From Puccinia triticina (lineage: Eukaryota), in assembly GCA_026914245.1 (NCBI GenBank), contig CP110440.1:3782001-3846000 (forward strand): a stretch of DNA of 64,000 nt, read 5' to 3'. The position numbers were made by a program, and so were the translations under genes. Positions within the stretch are counted from its first letter, which is position 1; each line of letters begins with the position of its first letter. Shown here in pieces: positions 1 to 12,853 of the stretch. Under the pieces are notes generated by a model that saw nothing but the letters and a program-made list of their open reading frames with translations, had not been told where the DNA came from and did not search any database.

Positions 1-539
1 CAACTTATCTGATAGGCGGGTCATGATCTTGACGGCACCTTGTCAGGTGTTCATTATGAGCAATTTTTTTGGTACATTGATGATAGGTTTCACTGATTCG
101 GAAACCTCCAATCAGGCATAGCTTTCCAAAAACATGAAATGTTGCTCACAGCAGCCATAAACTTACCTCTTTTCACAGGTGGTTTTGGCCTAAGAGGGAA
201 AGTGCGTCAATGAATCGGATCCGCGCGGCTCTATCTTTTGTGCGGGCCCTATTTGAGGCTCAGAGGGCCCCAAATATGGAGCCCGCGGTGGAGAACATCG
301 GTGCATGACTCCGGGGGTACGGGATCGGGGCTTCGGGACAGCTTTTATCCCCCGTACCGAACCCCGGGCCACAAACACCCTCAGCCTGACTTCGGTGGAG
401 TTCGGTGCTTTGCACATTTGTCTTTCCCATCGTCTCCGCCAGCCTCCGCCCGCATCACGATTCACAGCAACCGCTTGCTACATACCTCGAGCCTAACCAC
501 CCCATCATACTATCTGGCCGATCCTCTCTCCTGACCGAA

Positions 540-2059
540 ATGGCAACCATCGCATTCCCCTCCCGCAATCCTCAGGCTCCTAAGGAAGCAGCAGCCTTCC
601 GACAAGATCTGGTGTGTTCTTCGTTCCCGTCTCAACCGAACCTTACCCGTCTCCTCCTAATCGGCTCTCTGGAAAACCTCGCTCCGTAGAACGTTCGTCT
701 CATCTGCCCTGATTGCAAATGTGCAAGATTGGTCGAAGAGTTTTCATCTGGGGATCTTGTCTGTGGTAGCTGTGGTTTAGTCGTTGGTGATGTGAGATAC
801 TTGAGCTTCTCTCTTTCAATTTGAAATCACGCTAAAAAAACCTTGTTGCTCACCGCTGCTGTTTTTTTTTTTTTTTTTCCGTTGCTCAGCGTATCGTCGA
901 CACTCGCTCTGAATGTTTGCTGCCGACTCATTACATAGTTGACCTCCTCACTCTGACGGTTTCACCTGGCCGCTTCGAATCAAATCTCGGTAGCTGACTT
1001 GACTCAGTACCTTTTCTATCTCAGGGCGAACATTCGCAGGTGACGAAGGTGACGACCCCTCTCGTGTCGGTGGCCCAAGCAACCCACTTTTGAACGGCGT
1101 CGAGACCTTTGAAACCGTCATCTCCTTCAAGGATGGCAATACTGGTGTGGCCCGTGACCTCAATCGTGCGGCTACCCGCGCTGCGGCCAAGAGTGGAGAA
1201 AAAAGCATTGCCGCCGCTTTCGTTTCGATCCAAGACATGTGTGACACCATCAGTCTCCCACGAACAGTGACAGACATTGCAAAGCAATTGTACAGAAGGG
1301 CGGATGAAGGTAAACCCCAAACATACTTACCTTCTCCCGGGCTGGAAAGTATTTGTGTGAATCAGGCTTAAGATTCTGTTATCCGTTTCCCGGATACTGA
1401 ATAGAGAAACTGCTCAGGGGTAAACAAGCCGATGCAATCATCGCCGCTTGCATCTTCATCGCTTGTCGGCAATCAAAGGTCGGGAGATCGTTCAAAGAGG
1501 TCGTTGCGCTTACCCGCGTGCCCAAGAAGCAAATCGGCCAATGTTTCAAGGCTCTTTCCGCTGCGTTCGAGACCTCCGCGGTTGGCGGTGGCGGTGCCTT
1601 GAATACAGCCACAGGCGAATCCAGCGGTGCAGGAGCTGAAGATCTCATGGCTCGTTTCTGCAGTCATCTTGGGCTTCCGTTCTACGTTCAAAGCGGCGCC
1701 AAGAGGATCGCAATCCTGCAGCGAGACATGGGTATCCTTGCTGGTCGAAGCCCTATCAGCGTAGCAAGCGCTTGCATTTACTTCGCCAGTCATCTGTACG
1801 GCTGCCCCAAGAGTGTGAAGGATATCGCTGGTGTCGCTGGCGTCAGCGAAGTCACGATCAAGATCGCGTACAAGCAAGTTCACCAACTCCTCCTCTCACA
1901 CTCACATCCATGCCTAACTACGCCATGATGATTGATGTGAAACTTCCTTCATTTTGCTATGTGCTTAATAGGCTTTTACATTCCAAGTCTAAGGAGATTG
2001 CTGGCACCGAAGCCACTACCAATGAAGCCGCGTCAATCAATCGACTGCCTAAACCTTGA
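540..2059 (+). CDS. SUA7: General transcription factor TFIIB, 6 exons (540-611, 690-791, 890-914, 1025-1309, 1405-1873, 1972-2059)
   Basis: Spliced translation gives the Zn ribbon CPDC...EEFSSGDLVCGSCGLVVGD, the B-reader IVDTRSEWRTF...DPSRVGG and two cyclin repeats (RGKQADAIIAACIFIACRQ; GRSPISVASACIYFAS). All introns keep the frame; the last one is GC-AG. Confidence 0.96.
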
Positions 2060-3459
2060 ACTGGTCCCATCTTCTTTGCCAGAGCCTTGGGCCCTGTTTG
2101 GCAATCGTCCAATGCACACATCCATCAAGTCACCTTCACGGGAATTTGGCATGCAGCCGCTGTTTTCTTTCCTTTTGCTACTAAACACACAACACTTTGC
2201 AGTTTTTCTTTGTTGTTCTAACACTTGTGTATCTACATAGTCTACTTGGCTGCTTCTTCAACCACCCACTGCAATATCTACTCAACCATTGCTCATTTTT
2301 AATTTGCTGAGCTCCCACACCCCGACTTGGAAGTCAATAGCTAATTATCAAGTACCTTCCTCATGCATACGAAGGGCCGGTGGGAAGTAGGCCGGGTCGT
2401 CGGTGAGGATTTCCATCGGGTTATCAAGGTCTTAAGAAAGAGCATGCGAAATGAGCCAAGGCGACTCATGGGTGGCGGTGCACCCGGAGTGGCTGGAACC
2501 CCGGGGCACCCGGCCATGGTCTGGTCTGAAGGACGACCGGCACCGAGTGGTTGACAAGCAACTCTTCTCACCAAGGACGTTGGTCTGGTGCAATATCTGG
2601 TTCGTATTCAATCCGGGTGTCCCTTTCTGATGAATAAATACCATCTTCTTCTGAGCTATAAATAAGTAGATCGCATTACCCAACTAATGCTGGTCGTGCT
2701 CGGGAGAGATACATACACGTTTTTGAGATTTGGACTTGTTAGTCGTCTCCTCACCTATTGCCAAGAATGCAGATTTTCTTACTACACCACGGGTGCATAA
2801 ATTTTCAAGTTTGCCGTCAAACAGCCCCAGGCCAAATGTCAACATCAATGGGCCGCAGCTACGGCAAATATTGGTCCCAATGAGCCCGGACAGAATATTA
2901 GCACTGTTCACGTAAGCTAAACATCAGCAAGATTGAAATAAAGTTTATCCCATTGTGCCAGCCAATTTGGCTGGGAAAGTATGCTGATGTATATCTCTCA
3001 CATGGTCATAGATTTCTTACGTGAACAGTGCTATTGGTGTCCCGCGACGGGGCAATGCTAGTCTTCCCCACAACACACCTCAAAGCACCGTCCGGAAAAA
3101 TTTGCTGTTGCCAAGCCGGAAATTTCACCACGTCCCAACGGTGTTGCCAGAAAGCGCCCCCACACTGTCCACCATGACAAGCCCCGTGCTGCACCAGGCA
3201 AGAGGACCGGCATAACACGTATTACGGTAACCCCCAACCAGTGCATGTTGGTGTAGCTTTATGGTAACACATATGTTGTAATGTAATATTGAAATGCACA
3301 AAAAGCAACTAATCAAAACTTTCCGAGTCCATGGGACCCACACTGGGTTCAAACTCTTTGTCCTTGTTGTCAAGCGCTCCTCCTGCCCGGACCCAGGTAT
3401 TGAACTTACAGTAGTCGTCCGGGGTCCTTTCCATTTTTAAGCTTTGTTACTCTTACCAG

Positions 3460-3931
3460 TTGTGCCGCAGTTGTTCCGAAACCTAGTTGATCCTTTAAAT
3501 GTCCGCTCCAATTATGTATCGGCTCTTTTCCTTAATCAACTTATAGCTCTCAACAACTACAACACTAACACTCATTGCTACAATCAGGTCTGTTACTCAT
3601 TAGGATATCTCACTTCATTGTATCCCTTTTCTTAACAACTCTTCTCATTGTTTAGGTTAGTGTATCATCGGTGCTCAAGTCGTATCAAGTGTAGATACTT
3701 ATATTGCTACCTCCTAAAAGGTGTGTAAGAGTAATGCAATCAACTTATAGCTCTCAACAACTACAACACTAACACTCATTGCTACAATCAGGTTAGTGTA
3801 TCGTTGGTGCTCAAGTCGTATCAAGTGTAGATACTTATATTGCTACCTTCTAAAAGGTTAGTGTATCGTCGGTGCTCAAGTTGTATCAAGTGTAGAGACT
3901 TATATCGCTACCTTCTAAAAGTCTGAGTTCA
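3460..3931 (+). repeat. Solo-LTR-like repeat with internally duplicated units (A-intron-B, A-B, B)
   Basis: 54-bp unit A at 3534-3587 and 3738-3791; 65-bp unit B at 3656-3720, 3792-3856 and 3857-3921. Ends in CA at 3931. TTACCAG occurs at 3453-3459 and 3932-3938. Left boundary is uncertain. Confidence 0.6.
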
Positions 3932-4177
3932 TTACCAGGCGGCAAGCCCACCCTCCAACCCCGGCATGAAATCTTGGATGTCTTCCTCCCCACTCAATCT
4001 CACGAGTTCCTGATTCCTGGGCAACTCGCCAGAATTAACCACAAATTTTTTTGTATCTTTATGTACCACGGTGGTGTGGTTTTCTTTGGATTCCTGTTGC
4101 TCAACACAAACACGCCCGGTGGCTGACACCTCACACCCTCCAGTGTGACAGTTATGCTGCACATTGAGGGTGGACAC
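3932..4177 (-). pseudogene. C-terminal fragment of a degraded DNA-transposon protein (NVQHNCH motif), split by the copia insertion
   Basis: Removing 4178-35812 rejoins the minus-strand frame EVV|STLNVQHNCH across the GACAC TSD; the upstream part, with an intron, lies at about 35813-35960. The family assignment is from memory of basidiomycete TE proteins. Confidence 0.6.
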
Positions 4178-4842
4178 TGTTGAAACTTGCCTTGACTTGT
4201 GACATTTTCATTCAGTCCGTGCTCTCATTCTGTGCAGTCTGCGCCGCATCAAGTACCGTCATCTTTGACTCATCAACCAAAACCTAATCTTCAAAATTCT
4301 ACTCTTCTCTTGCTTCTCCAGATCGCAGGAGATCATCAACATTGAATTGACTCTTCCGCTCATTGGTCCGCTCTTACACTCGTCAATCCTCTACAATCTG
4401 CGCTCTCAACATCAAACAAGATCAAGATTCATCAAGACTTCAATCACTGTCTCTCAACAAGACTCCAAAAGCTTTAACTCGGACAGCCTTTGTAGCTTTC
4501 CACTTGGTGAGAAATGCAACTCTGCGTTTCCGGAATTTGATCTGCGCTCTCATTGGTTTATCCTTTGGCTAACTCTGCTCCTTCTTCATTAGTTGACTTC
4601 TTTAGATCTTAGCGCTTCTCTTCTTTAGTTCTTATATTGTTGTCCCTAACTTCCTCACTGGGTTTTTCTTTTAATTGTTGTCATTCTCTACTTTCATTCC
4701 CCACAACTAATCCTCCTTCTCCATTTCTCAGCTCAACTCAACTACTCGTAACTTCTTCTTTACTCAGTTGTTCTTCTACAGATAGCCATCTGTCTCAGGT
4801 TTTTGGTCTTACTTTCACAGAAATTTAGTCACCAGTTCTTTA
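4178..4842 (+). repeat. 5' LTR of copia element (TG...TA)
   Basis: About 98% identical to 35143-35807 by manual alignment (about 12 differences). Confidence 0.96.
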
Positions 4843-4881
4843 CAATTAACAGTTGAAACCCTGGAGACCAATTGCTTGTTC

Positions 4882-7771
4882 ATGTCCGACCGCGACAACT
4901 CGGCTAAACCACAACCAAGCACCGCCGTTATCTTCAAAGACCAAAAACCTGTTCCAACAACTGCTTCAGCTATGGACGGGATTCCTAGCGCTCTCATCAA
5001 GACTGTCGTTGAAGGGATTCCACTTCTGTCAATGGACAACTATACCTTATGGCGACAGCGTACTTCAAACTTTCTTGATGTAGCTAAACTCAAAACCGAT
5101 CTCACCAGTCCTACCGGTGTTCTCAGCCCAGACAATAATGTCTATCTCAAGGCTATTCTTGTAGCAAAACTAGAACCGTCCTTCCAAGCTAACGTCGTCA
5201 ACTCAACAAACATGAACGACACCCGATTGATTTGGAGCGCCATTGTCAAATTCTTTGCCTCCAATCAAGCTTTGAACAAATCTCGAGTTTTCCAGTCTTT
5301 CCTAAGGGCACCTTACACACCCAGCAACATCTCAGGATTCATCACCTCCATGAAGACCTTCCAAACTCAACTTATCGAAGCCGGTTGGTTGTTCTCCAAT
5401 GATGCTTTGGGTCACATGATTCTTCACAAGTTCCCTGCCGATATGAACAATATAGTGAATCAAATCACTCACTCCGACAAGGAACCATTGGTTGATGTGG
5501 TATTTGAGCACCTTAGAATTCATGAACACAATACTGAAATTCGCGCCAGCTCTAGTGGTTCAAAATCCAATCCAATTACCTTGTATACCGATGAAGCAAA
5601 AAGGTGCCACAAGAAATACCACAATCCTGAAGCCGATCATCCGAAGGAAAACTGCTGGAAGTTGTATCCCAACAAACGCACTGAACACTTTGAGAAGCTA
5701 GCCGCACAGAAGAACCAATCCTCCGTCAGTAGTTTTCACTCATCCCTATCCAAGTCTCCGCATCTCTTTATCGTGGATTCGGGATCATTGGCTCATATGA
5801 CTTCCAATTCTCATCTGTTCCATACTCTAGAACTCAAAGAATTAGGATGCGTACAAACGAGCTCTTCTTCCGATCAACTCAAGATAAAAGGGATAGGTTC
5901 CATACGTCTTAAAAATGAATATGGCGAACTGTTTCTGGATCATGTTCTCTACATCCCAGATATTGTTGTAAATCTGCTCTCCGTCCGTTGCCTTTTGCTT
6001 CAAAACTACACTGATCATTTCAATAAAAATTCCTTTCAAATTATCAAAAACAATGAAATCAAAATGAAAGGCAACTATGTCAGAAATCTCCCTAGTCTTG
6101 AGTTTGAAAACTTTGAGCACTCGAGTCATCTGTCCTCAGCCGAGTTTCTCCACAAATCTCTTGGTCACGTGAGCTACCACAGATTGAGAAAGAAGCTAGG
6201 TATTCCTCTAAAAATCATCAAGAGCTGTGAATCATGCGCCTTGGGAAAGATCACAAAAGCCTCTTTCAAATCCACACACAAGGCCGCATCTCAACCATTT
6301 GAAGAGCTTCACTTTGATCTAATTGGTCCGATTTGGCCAGCTTCTCACGAAGGACATAGATACATTCTAACTGTTGTAGACAGCTGCACTCGATTTTGCG
6401 CTGAAATTCCAATCAAGCAGAAGAGTGGCACGCCTGATTCAATCTTCTACCTAGTTGATATTGAAGCCAAGAGATTTGGCTACTATCCATCCATCTTTCA
6501 TTCCGATCGAGGATCCAAATTTCTGAACTCCAGCTTGAGTGAATATTGTATCAATCATCTAATCAAACAACGTACCTCGGATGCATACACTCCTCAACAA
6601 AATGGGTTAGCTGAACAATTTAATCAAACGATCATTGAATCAATGAGAACTATAATTCAGGACACCGGATTAGACAGGAAGTACTGGAGCGAAATTGCTC
6701 GAGTCAGTTCTCTAACACTTAATCAAATTACAACCCATCACTCCAAGCAATTGCCATTTGAACTCTTTAAAAATCAAAGTCTTCCGCTCAGCTATTTCTA
6801 TCCGCTGGGGATTTGAGTGACATATCTGATTCTTCCTGAACAATCTTTCTCAAAACTTAAACCAAAAGGAAGACTAGGTAGGCTTATTTGGTACACCAAT
6901 GAGCTCCGGTCATATTGTATTCTGAGTGATGAAGGAAAAATCATAGACACAAAGAACGTGAAATTTATCAAATATCATTCTCCTGAAGTCAAGAACTCAG
7001 ACTGGGACATCGCAATACACAACAAAGAATCGCCTGAAGATGTGAATGCTCAAGAAGAACCTCCTCAAACTGATGAGGCTTCCTCATCAAACAAATCAGA
7101 TGACTTATTGGATGAAAGTGATGATGATATAGCTACCAGTCTAAATCCTGAATCCACAATCGGTCGCAGTCTTCGAGATCAAACTCTGCAAGTGAAACCC
7201 GCTAAATACTCGTATCTTGCCTCTGACCCGACCTCATTCAAAAACGCCATGAAATTGAGCGAAAAGGATCTCTGGGCTAAAGCTGCCAATGAAGAACTGT
7301 CTAATATAGAACATCACAAAGTTTGGGAAGATCAGTTTGAAACTCCTGAATCCTTCTTGTATACTCTATGGATTTTCAAAACAAAACCGGCTACTATATC
7401 CGCTGAAGAACAAAAGAAAGCACGACTCTGTATCCAAGGTTTTCTCCAAAAAGAAGGAGAAGATTACGGAAACACCTTTGCGCCCACGGGAAAGTTCACC
7501 ACACTGTTAATTGTACTTATGTTCGCCATTGACAAAAAACTGCCCATTCATCAATTTGATGTAAAAAGCGCGTTCTTATACGCACCTCTACAGGAAGAAC
7601 TGTACATCAAAACTCCCAAAGGTTCAAAAAGGAAAGCACCGTTCTTAAGACTCAAAAAATCACTATACGGACTTAAACAGGATCTGGCCAACTGGTACAA
7701 AACACTCACCTCATGGTTCAAGGAAATCAACTACGGTCAATTGAGCTCGGATCCGTGTCTTTTCATTCACA
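4882..7771 (+). pseudogene. copia gag-pol, 5' part (gag, protease, integrase, start of RT)
   Basis: Gag knuckle CHKKYHNP..H...C, protease VDSG, integrase HKSLGH..CESC / DLIGP / HSDRG / PQQNG, RT KARLCIQGF / FDVKSAFL / KSLYGLKQ. In-frame TGA at 6814-6816. Interrupted at 7772. Confidence 0.95.
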
Positions 7772-9849
7772 CACCAGGGGGGAATTGGTGGCACTCTCTG
7801 GAGAGTGCCAGACCGTAATTTATGTGGGGAAGTGCTCCATAAGTAAGCCATGGCCTCATGTGTGACTATGTCATGAGTCAGCTGCATGTTGTGTTGATCT
7901 GATGCCTATCTTCATCTTATGTTCATGCATGAAATCTGGTAAGTGAAATTTACCGGATGACCATTGGTAAGTCATTTTTCAATCATTTCCACTTTGGCTT
8001 CCTTGAACCACCTGTGGGCCCCATGTGCAGATTCTGTAGTAGCTTGTCAACACAGATCAACTTGCAAGAAGAAATCATGTCCACAGGTGGCAACATCTCA
8101 CCGTTCTATGGGGTAAGTGGAGGTCATTTCTTCTTTCCAAGATAGATAGCCAAGCCAATTGAAAGATCGAGGATTGGTGATGTGCTAAAATAAAACACAT
8201 GACATGCATAGGGCCAGAGGAAAGGTGGAATCAATTGTGGAATTAGGTCATATTAGTAACATAAGTAAAAACTCATCAACCAGAAGATTACAATCTCCAG
8301 CAGCATCATTGGTGATACACAATTCCTGTCTGAGAAGTTGAATTCACATAGTCCATTCCTGATGTAGAGGAATGGTATTTGTAGAATTCATCCAGTTGAT
8401 ATGTGTTTCTCCTGCAAAAACTAAACTATGACAGCACAAAAAGCTCCCCTTGGCTCCCTTCATTCAGGACAAGGAAGGTGAAATCCACACAGCACTGTGT
8501 CATCTGATACTAATTCCGCTGTATGTTCAGGTTTTATCCTCCAAGTAAAAATGGATCTTTGGCAGAATGCATCCAGGTTACTGCTTTCTGACATTAAGTG
8601 ACCTCACTGTGAGACAAGCAACATGTTCCTGGATTGGATATATTGTCTTGAGTGCATTGTGGAGTGAATCCTGGATGGCCGACCACTTCACTTCCACCCT
8701 CCTGCCTGCACAACCCAACTTTACCCCATTCTTGAATGTCTAAGCCCTCCTCCTCCTCCATGTGTCACGTAAAAATTCTAAGTGAAAAAACCGCAAGATC
8801 AAGGAAGATGATGCATATTGGGCTGTTTCCATACTTAAAATACTTAAATAGCTAGAGGGCATGATTGCTAGCAATGAGCGAGGCAGTTTCATAATTTGGA
8901 GATGGGAAAAATGGGTTCATGCAGGTTATATAACAAGGGTAAGAAAAGCGGGAACCATACACCGGGTAACCATGTCACCGCCATCCATGGTCGGACCACA
9001 ATCAATCTACCCCTGGAAAGTGCCCACAGAATACCATGAAGCATTGCCAACTCAACAAGCTAGGTCAGATCAGACACGTCGTTATTGTGTGATTATAACA
9101 CTGAAAAGAAGATGGGATAGGCAGTATCACAATAGAGCCCCAACTATGTTGCAGCCATGATCTCACCCTGTATAATCCCTGCTTGATCTGGGATTATATA
9201 GCCGGAAAGGGGAAGGATAACACGGTGAATTCCATGGGTATTGGGAAATAATGAGCAGGCAAATTTTGTGAAGAAGCTGTGTTGCCATCTTGGGACCCTT
9301 CCATTGCCAATATTCAACAAGAACCATATCTACTTTCTTGTTCAGGTCACTACCACAGGACTTCTGGGAGCAAGGTGTACTATTTTGTGGACTTCACTCC
9401 TGCCAAATCAATCTCCTTCAAAACCACTGTGGAATTGTTGATCTCCTTACTGGGTAATCAGCAGATGTCTGAAAGTCAAGGAGAGGGTTTCCTATTGTTC
9501 TAGATCTTCGGTGGCTTTTAATTGAGCCTGAATGCATGAGTGTATAGCCTCCAAGTAATAAATTTCATGGAGAGATGCTACTATTGCTTATATCCAAGCT
9601 ACTTATGGATGAAAGATCATCGAAGTGGCAGCTTGAGCAAGTTGTTGGCACGAGATAGAAATCAAATCCACTCCCTCCCTCCCCTTGTACTTCAAATTAC
9701 ACACAGGGAAAAACAACATCTGTAAGACGCATCTGCCAGGCATTACTCCAAAACCTTCAAGCACCACGGCGAAAGTGATGTCGAGATGGGTTGATTTGGA
9801 CAGGCAGCACAACATCTAGCCCTTTCTAAGCTTTGCTTATGCCTCAATC

Positions 9850-11950
9850 CGTCAGCATGGAAAGTTGATCAGCTGCTGCAAATCGGGGAAGTGCGGATTT
9901 CCTGGTGTATCTATTCTGTGGGGCCCATTGAGCCCTTGACGATGTGCTTGAGCAAGTGCCGGATGGGAATATACACCTGTTGCTGCCTGCCCCTGTACAA
10001 CCTCTTCACTTTGACCTGGGATGGCTGGCTCCGACAGAGGTGAATTGCAGGGCTCCTCTTGGACCTCTCTGGAAATCTCGGGCAAGGATCAACGATCAAT
10101 CCCCCCAAATGTTGGCAACCTTCCCTCCTGACCCAGTTAGAGGATCTGTAGAAGGTGGATAGATGTCTATGGCTGAACGGAGATGTGAGTTCTGTTCAGA
10201 CTGTATGATTTCTAGTTGTGCCTTGGCTGGAAGTGCCACCGGAGACTCAGGTCCGGGTGGTGGACTTAGGATGGCGGCTGAGGTGGAAGTCATGCCATAG
10301 CGGGTGTGCAGTTTTTGTGAATTAGTGACTTAGCAAGTTCTGCTGTTGGCTCTCAGGCCCACTTCAGACAAGCTGTATCTGATCATAACCATTCAGGGTG
10401 TCTCAGGAATTGGGTTGAGGGCAGAGGGTGGAGCAGCCGTGGATTGCTAGTAGCTTGACTATGATTCACAACGGCGGGGCCGAAATTCTGACCTTGTCAG
10501 CAACGGAACAGTCCCACAGCAACCACCTGTCACAGAAGTCTACCATAATGAACGGCCGGACATTACGGTGGACATAGACGAGGTTTCCCCCCCCCCCCCC
10601 CCCCTGGCCTGCGTTTGTAGGGATCAGGTGAATATGAAGGACCTGCAGAAGTTGGCCTATGAAAGGATTGCGGGGCCAACAGGCAATCAGGGCAGTTCAA
10701 CCCTTCCCCAAATACGGACATACATCAGACCATGACACCATTCTTCTTTCGCGCTTGGCAGGATGTGTTTGGGTGAGTCAAAGGGTGGTGGGGACGTATC
10801 CTCACTGTTTGAATGCAAGAAAGGGGAAACATCTCCCAGATGACGTACATGGGTAAACAGCGAGCACAAGATGCTTTCCCTTTGTTTCAGTTCCAAGGGC
10901 ATGATTGGCCAACACCGGTCATATGACTCATTCTGGGCTGATGAATCTGCGACAGTGGTCCTCTCTGTTGTCTCCCTGATCTGCCTCACTGGTTTGGTTC
11001 CTCTCACCCTGCGACATCAATATCCTCAGCATGATCGAGCTTGCCGGCAATATCCATATGTCAAACACAAATCAGGATGATATACGTGGTGTAGACAATG
11101 AGATCCATATCAAGACTTGCATCGTGTCTTATCAGCTCCCCTCCGATGTCGTCAGGTCGGCGCACCAACAGTACAACGTTGTGCTTAAGTCAACTTCAGC
11201 CGACGTGCCAGCCATTCTATACGACTTCTGCACTCAAGTTTTCTTCAGCGGCCAACTCATCGTTCATCCCGATTCGAGGCCCCCCACGATTCTAGTCGAA
11301 CGTTTCAGATGGCAGGTCCACCGGGGACACTTTCCACTCGCCCATGAATTTGAGGATACCCACGCCTCTGGTACAGCTCATGTAGTTAAAGTCCATATGA
11401 ATCCGATCGTCGGTTGTGTGCGGTTCGTTGAAGTTGTTAATCCAGAAATGAAGGTGGTAAGTGTGCTTCTCTTTTTTAGTCAAAACCCTCTGCATTTCTT
11501 TTGCTCTTGTTGGCTAGTTTTGATTGCAAGTCGCGGGCACTGACTTGGAACTATAGGGCAAGTGTGGTCACATGAAGCTGTCGGCTACAAATGCCCTGGT
11601 ACACGAGCGCTTTCAAACTCTTCGCCGGGGGGATACTATAAGGTTCGGTGGGATCACAGCAAATGAATCAAGTAACGGAAGCAGATTACTGGCCATAAGG
11701 GTACGCTGTATACACCCGCGGTTTCAGTGCCTTGGAAGGAGGACTGACATATTCTACAGGTTGAGTGTGCCTCCAAGCTTGAAAGAGTTGATAAGACCAC
11801 CTACCAATTAAGAGCCAACCCAAAGAGACGTTTCAACCTCCGAGTAAGCGATTGGAACAGACCTGCAAGGACGAGACGAGTCCAGCGGAAGAAAATCCAT
11901 TGTCCTTGATTCCAGGCTCTGGATCCGATAGGCCACAGTAGATCATATCC
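9850..11950 (-). pseudogene. Degraded cargo gene(s) of unknown function inside the giant element
   Basis: Several minus-strand protein-like ORF pieces (10096-10293, 9911-10108, 10687-11007, 11292-11495) broken by stops; no motif recognised. Confidence 0.35.
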
Positions 11951-12853
11951 TGAGTTGCACACATATGCCCGAATACTCCCTTCGCACCCTTGGAATTTGT
12001 TCCTGCTCGTCCCGACCCTTGAGATCCATCTTTGTTTGTTCTCTAATTGGTGGCATGTGTCGGCAGCAACAATCACACTGCTGGCTGTTTGAAATTAAGC
12101 TTGTGTTGTTGGGCAGCTGCATCTATGTTCTGCTCAATTGTATGATTGAGATCAAGCTTTGATCCTCTGGAGCAGTGCAGTGTCAACTTATGTGAAATAG
12201 TATTTGAGCAAACCTCCGCAGGGCAACACCAAAATCATTGGCACAGTGGGTTTACATCTCTTCTGTGTATTTTTCATATCTCACGGAGAATGGGTGGGTA
12301 AAGACAGCATCAAAAGAAGAAATTGTTGCCTTATTTACAATTCAGCAATGTGCTCCTTCAGTAAGAATCGGGACAAAGATACATGCGCTCAGGTGCACTC
12401 GCAAGTTCTAGTTAACAACATAGGTTTATTTACGTGTAATTTGATGGGGGGTGTGTGGCATAAGAAAGGGAGAAGTAGGTTTCAACGTATTCCAATGATT
12501 AAGGAAGTCGGTAGTTATTGCCTGGGCAAGCTGGTATCAGGTGGAGACTTGGACCGAGGCAAGAGAGCAAAGCTTGTCCGGAGACTGGAAGACAGGAGCG
12601 AGCATCTTGACCAGAAGTGCGGAAAGGCTACGCCAAATGGTTTCTTTGCAGGTGTGTGACGTTGAAGAGTGCTGCTTGATGATAGAGATTGCCTGAATGA
12701 ATGACATGCACGTCAACACTCCAGCTATGTGATGATCCCGTGATGTAATGAAGAGTCCGCGAACTCCAGCAAGGATGAAGTAAACAAGGGGCTGGAAGTT
12801 CTGCTTCTTCTGATACTTTTGGAGCTTTTGGACTGCTGCTTCGGGGAACTGAG

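Noticed and set aside
2341..3420. Short ORFs downstream of TFIIB
   Set aside because: Stops in all frames and no recognisable motif; probably a decayed repeat.
11031..11543. 170-aa plus-strand ORF
   Set aside because: Looks like the antisense shadow of a degraded minus-strand gene. I also looked for TET/JBP and KDZ motifs in the cargo and recognised none.
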